In this document: in pieces, positions 49,401 through 53,544 of the stretch
How the letters are laid out: each line of letters opens with the position of its first letter
How positions within the stretch are numbered: position 1 is the stretch's first letter
Virus record (IMG/VR): IMGVR_UViG_3300028025_005543
Coordinates: 1-53,544 of that record
Origin: a virus
Taxonomy: Duplodnaviria; Caudoviricetes
Length of the DNA stretch: 53,544 nucleotides
Reading direction: 5' to 3' (one strand)
Translations under genes and position numbers: made by a program
Notes under the pieces: model-generated
The model's database searches: none
The model's input: the letters and a program-made list of their open reading frames with translations, nothing else
What the model was told of the DNA's origin: nothing

Positions 49401-50330
49401 AGGAACCATTGATGCATCAGCAGGTTTGACTTCAATTTCTTGCTGAATTTGTGGCTTGTTGTCACTTCCAGAATATGCTTCTGGTTTTCCAAACATGAAT
49501 GTGTTGTAACCATCTGGTGTGTGGTATCCAACTCTGTACATTGAAACTTTTCCATCAGTGGTTGTTCTACGGAAAACGATAAAGCTATCTGTTGCTTCAA
49601 CAATGTCAACTTTTGAACCAGTTCTTTCACTGAGTTCTGCTTGGATTTTTTGAACTTTGTCTGCTTCTAGTGGTTGTGCAAGACCTTCTGCAAAAATGTT
49701 AAATGGTTCGTCTTGTTCTTGTTCTTTTTCTGGGGCAGCAATTACAATCATTCTTGGCTGTTGCTGTTCGCCCATCATTGGCATGCCAGCAATAATTGGC
49801 ATCATGTGATTCTTCTGTTCGCTCTTTACTGAGATAGTTCCAGTCAATTGGTTTGCACCATGAAGAACTGGAGAAACTTCGTAGAGTTCAACTTCCTTCA
49901 AAACATTTGCTTGCTGGGCTGGGTCAAATGCACCATTGATTGTCTTATAACCAATTGACCACTCTTGCTCTTCGCCGAAGAATGCAACGCTTGCAAATGC
50001 TTCTTTACCTTTTTCTGATTGAAGGTTGAATTGAACCTTTGCATACAAACCACCGATTCCAGCATTTCTCATCTTTGCTGGAAGACGTGAGTCTCCTGGT
50101 GGAACTTCGTACATCTCAAGTACTTTTCCGATTGGGTCATTCCAACTGTGCGCCCAAACAACTCGTGGCTTGCGACGAGTAAGGCTCTTTGCAAATGCAC
50201 CTGTTACAACAATGTCGCCTACTGAGTCTTTGTTGCCAATACCAGCAACGAAACACTCGACAATTCCTTGCATTTCATCAAGAGAAATTGCACCACTAGC
50301 AGCAGATTTGAATTCAAATTGTTCGTTCAT
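37407..50330 (-). CDS. HK97-type prohead protease fused to a ~4100-aa multidomain polyprotein
   Basis: N-terminal KDSVGDIVVTGAF, WAHSWNDPIGK, EWSIGY, ELYEVSPVLHGAN; three KTSC, ArdC (LPWRR..P.NGATGKKYSG.N...WATYNQW...QVRKGEKG) plus HELMHWTG peptidase; ~23 GFASRG-like motifs. Confidence 0.93.
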   Translation of the reverse strand: MNEQFEFKSAASGAISLDEMQGIVECFVAGIGNKDSVGDIVVTGAFAKSLTRRKPRVVWAHSWNDPIGKVLEMYEVPPGDSRLPAKMRNAGIGGLYAKVQFNLQSEKGKEAFASVAFFGEEQEWSIGYKTINGAFDPAQQANVLKEVELYEVSPVLHGANQLTGTISVKSEQKNHMMPIIAGMPMMGEQQQPRMIVIAAPEKEQEQDEPFNIFAEGLAQPLEADKVQKIQAELSERTGSKVDIVEATDSFIVFRRTTTDGKVSMYRVGYHTPDGYNTFMFGKPEAYSGSDNKPQIQQEIEVKPADASMVPMQPQQIPYRDDDQDEMNTMLGGQVGVGKSAYAHLIEIPQIHMVQAKSMLQPVFNYHKLSTTDSDNGIIVNGSISAQAIDALQNAVKAIGQTIGQSVGNLRTLAQSFNPYAIDGDNDGFAQDGTAFQRPYIPIKKPDMDLPEVGGKKRNSSELLDKPTIRTGKKPTKDPSLLQGQERQEALAAGELQPRTMDDISFLANRRPENEGLAKYWDMSEEGLRAEGQKLVAARRGQTGSAREATDGELFKISHEFSRREAYKNQFGKEFVPPKRTESTGRETFDVSGVRDILEEGNAPEDLRPGYGFTGRNNPRYEKPKYGELLAEYEKNRSKRGFSSRGDVTPEQQSRIDASRKRGSDIASGRAQILADNLKNLSDEDKDFIRENGIVAYLLEDGTGGPLSGEWAGDSPAERIGDLLPEGDWSTDSGLQADAEDIFASYEEGFYGQLDKEFADLANPADLETEKSRWDSLSADEQDSILEQGRDSARGLSSRGDGLWGDPRRSIEPDDEELSDEYIEQWLTDKVKFDTDITFDQLEKYNSRTGSQLSDSQLEDLHNRYLSDDKTISDEAGDEILSKFFRQLEEDYYDDMVEDTIPEPDYEDYMRSRDGFASRGLPPSLQKPTPLEELEEFKNFLDREYGDYFMDYTQMDDEELKKTLMKRYAMTRSEANATTRQIRKHENKLDDLTDAMVDAENATDGFASLGKWWSSYDELSDDDKSDIEQAYFENNPGSERPGSRDYNPEVAQGDFEANPEKYGYAKDFEKQAIEALKANGAREDDARNVTEYWMNNDALHDEYLKEADGDSLYAMALAYDNYIEAAADDYNERQIGFGSRSYRTNPDGTSSDGYVVMSDGQTEIRFAAEDGDGIYDATRDGFSIVREVGGGGGGRRRYPESTATYSGGGLSLEERKEIIDTLDGSSDEFIQKLLGDYRKRGRLSDKQWSVLKNRADKEKKKNAAKKPSGFVDSRRTGDTIAPGARPVVSAGKESIVTPTAEQIADADALEKLVNDARYNGQTLRFNYNGKNREVFPVQTFKNPKTGKVNMVGQDSEGVKKTFTIDKMSPFEDNGFGSRGEDRGFASFRDGMYDPDSDPYFDFDEREPDYDATSDDEWDNIPEKVQTEIINDIKEYIAKRDKSAADNVALQIDDEKGLDIREDSFILEIDGIEYVATPALKDEDLFKQLIESGERDWRYSSVSKEDLFRRIKESSDAVSEGRNNGLLTKEEADAIDEEFAKIKSILDNPQSDFINEFRKSRNKIVEITNSANRRSRDLNTGDGNRTRYEHMQTLDMLDDAPSALRVLEESFRNKQYTGKKSSDGKYFITELEDFAKEAINGEIEYEVDDDGDTRVTPQWTWWGDFEKFANGKNKFVQENQDLMRPYFRNGFASSGDATPEMRPYNDLTSKEQEDLYESIENYLNGRGDWARIKNELEEGGFDYDDFLQQNPEFHPDFADFGDAGDMGFGSRSSDAAMGLGEPVRISKFDIPTIFRYEELDRQTQKDFVDELDADGYFDGDTYSDDEKLRLAAEEWDGRGLTTREKYTDEMLSELYEMEALAEGFTTTERRGTAYDGSEFAYVEEIIKNPMSADYSDYEEARKTMDSMRASLSKDVLKREKNQDDANTLGEEDFGLASRGARKSTEDYEKDVAKLTTISGSDMASLDDAYGPRAYYNLMEQRTELIKKRREIATEIAEANGITITPNTDIYDVLGGTDNPNFDEDDYNMLDSMDSAIEEIDGLIQGHRDDYARMKSWMDDYSASWNELQDIEKSLNRVDSISDEEDIEDEAGSLRSILDDLRAFTNPDKYGAFDSESDADEIASLLEDPSTTNNERAKKLLRTALDESLRREEENYKVAESDLNSVPEPFDELDWNENYPEDRLFEGRTNPLTAREAFGGRNARADETARQTLRNSRSGFASRGGSRFDTFETPNSSAIEAVHYDRNTGELHVAFKPGQTGGEARYYTYSGVPADYFDNEVRGSNSIGRVINDVKKNYDVEVTNPRTVDAINGRGDMTPSAGGRSSAIQDIDVRRSAALYESYYDPNAEELVVTFKDKDGNAAGSYIYEGVTADEANELASASSKGKIINRLKASKSVRRAGANDRMERTPGAEDDLGAGGYEAQVDAHWDKIGPEEQRAYFARAVDSAINAGTGTSADEITADAKARAYDDRQIAMMEMQAEELGMGYRKIDVGSSAALNRVEYDPDKRELRVEYRGRDGKGNGEFYVYQNVPQSVVDDIEASDSRGATLRRVRDDFEFRTETAIPESAFYSMGDMGERSNPKITNRTNANGFYLDENGRATNYNKRAYTTSDIQKINGRRNGRDGFASGRLGPPPDDAEYGRELAAQRARDRAAGRNATNPIGNMDRDGEPMDYSVEDGLASRASINESSTGQRIVPSRMHSDDREALAEITDPEERKQRIDELIEFYGPRIFAKPSSPRRKRIVQTQDENGFWVGPDGKPADFEDGFASGGVLNEEYDDLREFGYSPEDKAKNDEMVMEAYFNEFDEEAPSIEDAYEFWAQRAQELREERSNSLMDAFSSLRDEVNALGISDRELGAYGLDGAAFLTAESLIDNPLESDSTDISEAEDYVSRMKRSIDQLAADMPEEYDYMDEEPMDGFASRQTSAFNPDAPMTLLDTELDRNPSIFNALDRVLPPAGGGVWADSAEYKPSINTVPWSNMTRGQKRRVADDMIDNNRAYFNKMQRDGASLGEIDDEIGRLYDEEAKANLITLERDLKRASDDYSFWARQKAEEMNPTMSEKEIDDMLVDLGLSETDFERLFAKNMDAFEMAAVASDLENKRREIIENIIKGSNQRTGGLASGGVDFDRYGNIPSRPKKPRRTGDPSLRNTPKNRARMTAERRLAEMANSGDPEYDNLMQRAKDALSKEGIAGYRLTNEYGEPNSLVAGKMQEILAQDILDGATPKTGGDRPKVDPLSILGGYSDGDVIGLTPRGFASRGESGVKRRTKEDVFADMQKQLIDALEDPENLGKWKLPWRRTGMPENGATGKKYSGSNWFFLSVMSDIKGYDSNKWATYNQWQGLGGQVRKGEKGTQIFVPMFMKGKEKADGTMGEGKIIFKAATVFNLKQIDGMPADFDKKEILPEAERVADLEKTISEIPAVIKNGGDRAFFQPSGDFIQVPNFENFNDARSYYSTVGHELMHWTGGKGRLDREQMGAFGTPEYAYEELVAEIASAIFMSSHNIEPDIQENHGPYLASWLKALKQDPDALQKAMTDAQKAVNYILDISPNAKSKFSNGEKAEFETPEIAVVGEPVVSVEGFASRGDWPTPGGYEPSEFDMRTALSQIGRGNLMAISGTRAKKRNNEMVLPVNRNQQVIVGYDGGSDTYFVRAEQIITNGKDKGKTRVLGQWDNVYADELGETAYQASLKPSMLSDENKTVWAQAFDHPQTGSLLDENGQVYEGGFASGGDSMDPDELDAMDWAYDAAQDYLMEQEDMMPEEPSPEDGFASRMNLSTPEKNEIIAIARRMNTPFTRSVVAQYDRNGELSDRQWDALNRMTLRGNRGGFPSRGDAQSSVSKLEKIATPRMPVEYNENRTSSDAFEDTEMEIGAYLEYISSAMKEIIGNDEFNKKYKPRIDKIVNDMQDERSRYAPPPKWALDRAVKLHDEMISESRMNRGGGLASRGDKGPRTPKARWSPEDRQRFADGDRLRSKKRPGKRRSGPDASEYGFASRGDQKNPIDMIERDIFFEGERSGRSWGFEPIIARVAEKFGGTDRGSMSDAQLADELGIDVAVAKKMRKPGARTSDIYLLDNLRIRVAGEDRTLWGVNNDPLAYYDESGNPITDYDKIPDVEDTAPDVPGARGPRTSRKRKYIDPRAVFEEVGIDPDAPVYSVSRGNTPSARENAKIFGRDTWRRIFAEGITADEIDTLLKAKKSNKRSADIYSPEELNVAPEPRRTDSMPLADVFKNQAFDSARGRRGFPQKVVEAIAEITGRRPSISAAKNFINNPRSASGSRGKSPLTITPAQIRLLLDKLGISAEEFEKFRSE

Positions 50331-50436
50331 TTTGCACCAATCAAATAAGAGTATTTAAATCATAAGACACTTATTTGATGAGCGAATGCAACTAATCGCC
50401 AAAAAGTCTTCGTTTCACTATATGCATATAGTGAAA

Positions 50437-52458
50437 TTAGTAAATCGAATTCCAGGCTCCGTGAGTTTCTTCAAATGCAATTTCATGGCGGACTTTTCCA
50501 TGCAAGTTCGTGTACATCTCAATAATTTCTTTCTTGAGCGACTCGTGTCTTGCTTCTTCACCTGGGGTGTTGATTGCATTGATGATGGCATTCTTTACTT
50601 GCGAGTACATATCGGCATTAATCTGCTTAATGTTCTCAATGTGGCGGTAAACCTTCACACTGATATCAAGCGAACTCCAGTTTGCATTTGGCTGTCTGAT
50701 TTCAATGGCATCTTTGACGATTGCTGAAAGCACTGGTTTGATGTCATCTTCTAGTTGCTTATCCCAGACATCAGGGTTGATGATTGACTCGGCATCAAGT
50801 GTCCCTGCAAATAGTGCTTTGCGTGACTTAATCCCATTTGCCTTTTCCATGACAACACGTTGTTGTCTTTCAAGAACTCGCTCAAGGGAGCGGTCAAGAA
50901 TTTCAACCCATCTGTCAAGAGTTCTAGACAAGTCCTCAGACTTGAACTGCATCGGCCCACTTGCTGAAGCCATCCCCTCTGGGAGAGGTGCTGTTGCAGT
51001 TTCGGGTGCGCCCATAGGTGGAGCGATTTCTCCGGGATTTGCACCCATTCCACTTGTTGCTGCAGCCAATGCACCAGCCATCGTGTTCGGGTCAAGACCA
51101 CTTGGAGGTGCTCCCTCAACTGGTGGCATTCCCGGAGGCATTGCCCCTTCTGGCGGTGGCATTCCAGGTGCTCCCGGCGCCCCAGGTGCTCCACCAGCCA
51201 TCATCGGTGGCTCTTCCATCTTCTTCTTAGTGTTGGCAATTGGCGTCAAGTTTGGATTCAATAGAAGCGAGTCAGCAAGGTCAGCTTCAACTTCCTTGCG
51301 ACCACTAAGCAATCTGTATTCATTGACACTGATTACACCCTGTGATAATTCTTCTTTCAAATATCTTTCACGCTCTTGTTTGTAGAGCATGAGGACAGGA
51401 ACCTCGCTTGTATCAAAGTCAACGTAGTTGACAGGGTCAAGTTCGTCAAGTGCTCGTGCAAGAGGCTCAAGGTGGGGAAGCATTGTCTCTGTCCAGAACA
51501 CGCGGATTTCTTCTCCAGCATTGCTGAAGGTTCTTCCTGCAGCATTGCCGATTACCGTTTCAGGAACACCGAATGCAGCGAGAATTTCTTCTTTTGTAAT
51601 CTGGCGCATCTGAATATAAGCGGCATCTCTTGGACTAGCAGAAACATCAACAAAATCAACTCCATCGTCTGCTGACAGAACTGTCGTTCTGCCCGTTGTT
51701 GCAAGGTTTCCTCTGAATCGACTCTTCAATTCTTCTTTATCGTCGTCATCAATTTCGCCCTTAACAACCAAGAGGCTTCCCGGACGACCATCATTCATTA
51801 GGAAGTTTCTGTTGTACAACTTTGCAAAGTTCTCAATTTCAATTGCAATTCCAGCTGATTCCATTGGTGTTAATGAGAGGTATGGGTCAAGTGGGTGTGG
51901 TCTTCTTACCCATACAACATCTTCAGGCTTGAGAATTACTGGCTCTCCGTTTGGCATCATCACTTCGTAACCAGAAACGAATTTCTTTGGACACGGGATT
52001 GGTGATGTTGCTTGAGGTGGCAATAGGTTTAGACCAATAATGTCTCCATCGCGCCCACGAACCTTTTCAATGAATGCCCCACGAGTTCCAAGGAGTAATT
52101 GCGATGAAAGTCTGTAGCGGAAGATAAATGAGTTTTCGCCAATGTTTGACTTAGTGTTAAGAACTTCAAGCAGGGTTGAATTTTCTGCCTTCTTGCCAAC
52201 AAGGATTTCTCCATCTGGAGAGTTGTCTTTTCTCAAAATAATTGGAAGTCTTGCTTGGTTGCCTGCAATTACGTCAATGCATCTGGCCACCCAAGTAACT
52301 CGTTGCATTCCTTCTCGGTACGCACGTTCAATGTCCCATGAGTCCTTGTATGGCTTGCCGGTAAAAGACTGATTTTGCGCTACGGGCGCACCGGGTCCAA
52401 TGAGTGCCTTGGAGTTAATATTGTTGAGGGCTTTATTTGAACCTGTGTTCCATGCCAT
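50437..52458 (-). CDS. Portal protein (HK97 family) with Pro-rich linker and MuF-like C-terminal extension
   Basis: WVARCIDVIAGNQARLP, ILAAFGVPETVIG, GVISVNEYR; C-terminal IAFEETHGAWN. Confidence 0.93.
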   Translation of the reverse strand: MAWNTGSNKALNNINSKALIGPGAPVAQNQSFTGKPYKDSWDIERAYREGMQRVTWVARCIDVIAGNQARLPIILRKDNSPDGEILVGKKAENSTLLEVLNTKSNIGENSFIFRYRLSSQLLLGTRGAFIEKVRGRDGDIIGLNLLPPQATSPIPCPKKFVSGYEVMMPNGEPVILKPEDVVWVRRPHPLDPYLSLTPMESAGIAIEIENFAKLYNRNFLMNDGRPGSLLVVKGEIDDDDKEELKSRFRGNLATTGRTTVLSADDGVDFVDVSASPRDAAYIQMRQITKEEILAAFGVPETVIGNAAGRTFSNAGEEIRVFWTETMLPHLEPLARALDELDPVNYVDFDTSEVPVLMLYKQERERYLKEELSQGVISVNEYRLLSGRKEVEADLADSLLLNPNLTPIANTKKKMEEPPMMAGGAPGAPGAPGMPPPEGAMPPGMPPVEGAPPSGLDPNTMAGALAAATSGMGANPGEIAPPMGAPETATAPLPEGMASASGPMQFKSEDLSRTLDRWVEILDRSLERVLERQQRVVMEKANGIKSRKALFAGTLDAESIINPDVWDKQLEDDIKPVLSAIVKDAIEIRQPNANWSSLDISVKVYRHIENIKQINADMYSQVKNAIINAINTPGEEARHESLKKEIIEMYTNLHGKVRHEIAFEETHGAWNSIY

Positions 52459-52460
52459 AA

Positions 52461-52649
52461 TTATTCAAGACCTAACAAGAATCCGACTATTCCACATGCC
52501 AAACCTGCGACTATCAATCCAGCTGGAGGGAATATGAAACCAGCACCGATTGCTGTTAATAGTATAAATGACAGCATTAAAAAATTAGCGATATAACTAC
52601 GGTTTATTAAAACAAGCCTGAGTCTTGCAAATATTCTTTTCATGCGCAC
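52461..52649 (-). CDS. Small two-TM protein upstream of the portal
   Basis: Hydrophobic IGAGFIFPPAGLIVAG; position typical of HK97-like head modules. Confidence 0.7.
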   Translation of the reverse strand: MRMKRIFARLRLVLINRSYIANFLMLSFILLTAIGAGFIFPPAGLIVAGLACGIVGFLLGLE

Positions 52650-52711
52650 CGTCCTACATTACCCGATTAGTGTGTTCTAATCTAGAACAACAATTTTTAT
52701 TTGGAGATTAA

Positions 52712-53544
52712 ATGCCTAACTGGGGTGAAATTCTTGAATACCTCGAACCGAAGGAGCCTTTGTATTGTCCTGAAGAAGGTTCACTTAATCAGCGAGCATT
52801 TCTAAGATACTACGGATTAGAAGCATTATTCGGTGGTGCTGCTGGTGGTGGTAAGTCTTCAGCCTTATTAATGGCTGCCCTTCAGTATGTTGATGTCCCT
52901 GGTTACTCAGCAATTCTTTTCCGTCGAACATTTGCCGACTTGTCACTCCCTGGTGCTCTTATGGACCGCTTTAAGTCTTGGGTTTCCAATTATGACGATG
53001 TTCATTGGAATAACAACAGCTTTCAAGCCACATTTCCATCTGGAGCAAGAATTTCTTTCGGTTATTTAAATAACGTCGGTGACTATCTTCGTTACAAGGG
53101 TTCTGAGTTCCAATTCATTGGAATGGACGAGGTAACCGAAATTCGAGAATCTGACTATCGCTACCTCTTCTCCCGTTTGCGTCGTCCTGCTGGTGGTCCA
53201 CTTTCTCAGGTTCCTTTGAGAATGCGTTCTGCATCAAACCCTGCCCCCAATTGGGTTAGACAGCGTTTCATCGTTGAGGGAAAGAGCGAGGGAAGAATTT
53301 TCGTCCCCTCAAGACTGACGGATAACCCTGGAATTGATGCTGAGTCATATCGCCAAGCACTATCCGCCCTTGACCCTGTGGAAAGAAGAAGACTTGAAGA
53401 AGGAGACTGGTGGGCTACGACCCTAGGAAGCCTCTTTGACCGTACTGCAATGGTCATTCTTGATGAAAATGAAATTCCCCAAATAACTTCAGCGGCACGA
53501 GTTGTGAGATTCTGGGACTTGGCAGCCACAGAGCCATCTCCAAC
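52712..53544 (+). CDS. terL: Terminase large subunit (partial, runs off the window; not in the ORF track)
   Basis: GGAG RBS; MPNWGEIL...LFGGAAGGGKS (Walker A), LFRRTF, FIGMDEVTE (Walker B), RSASNP, DNPGID, VRFWDLAAT. Confidence 0.93.
   Translation, partial: MPNWGEILEYLEPKEPLYCPEEGSLNQRAFLRYYGLEALFGGAAGGGKSSALLMAALQYVDVPGYSAILFRRTFADLSLPGALMDRFKSWVSNYDDVHWNNNSFQATFPSGARISFGYLNNVGDYLRYKGSEFQFIGMDEVTEIRESDYRYLFSRLRRPAGGPLSQVPLRMRSASNPAPNWVRQRFIVEGKSEGRIFVPSRLTDNPGIDAESYRQALSALDPVERRRLEEGDWWATTLGSLFDRTAMVILDENEIPQITSAARVVRFWDLAATEPSP

Noticed and set aside
37407-50330. Giant ORF as tape measure, tail fibre or a read-through artefact
   Set aside because: It begins with a prohead protease directly after the portal, has no tape-measure periodicity, and is open in the standard code; TAA, TAG and TGA all serve as stops elsewhere
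53206-53529. ORF-track calls 53206..53529(-) and 52887..53069(+)
   Set aside because: They overlap the terminase frame, which has clear Walker motifs
1-53544. Integrase, transposase or host flanking genes
   Set aside because: None recognised; the window appears entirely phage

Overview
53.5 kb fragment of a tailed dsDNA phage, probably infecting an Actinobacterium (WhiB, actinobacterial-type SSB, many leaderless genes). From left to right: the end of a SNF2-type helicase and small early genes; a lytic transglycosylase; an SSB-WhiB-primase/helicase block; a first block of virion-type genes with a ~2055-aa multidomain protein; an AsnO/clavaminate-synthase-like dioxygenase; membrane/lysis-type genes; DUF932; class II RNR; a thermonuclease; then a minus-strand HK97-type head module (portal, protease, seven accessory genes, major capsid) with the terminase large subunit running the opposite way. 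Main observation: the prohead protease is the N-terminus of a 4307-aa protein divided by about 23 copies of a G-[FL]-[AGSP]-S-[RG] motif. The motifs fall between unrelated domains (three KTSC, ArdC plus metallopeptidase, WYL-like, HTH, many acidic mini-domains). The same motif divides the ~2055-aa protein, and the two giants share a DGDxDG-xx-QD-xT-xF-xRP tag. I infer a capsid-loaded, proteolytically processed polyprotein cargo system; cleavage and packaging are untested. All domain calls are by-eye motif recognition, not database searches.
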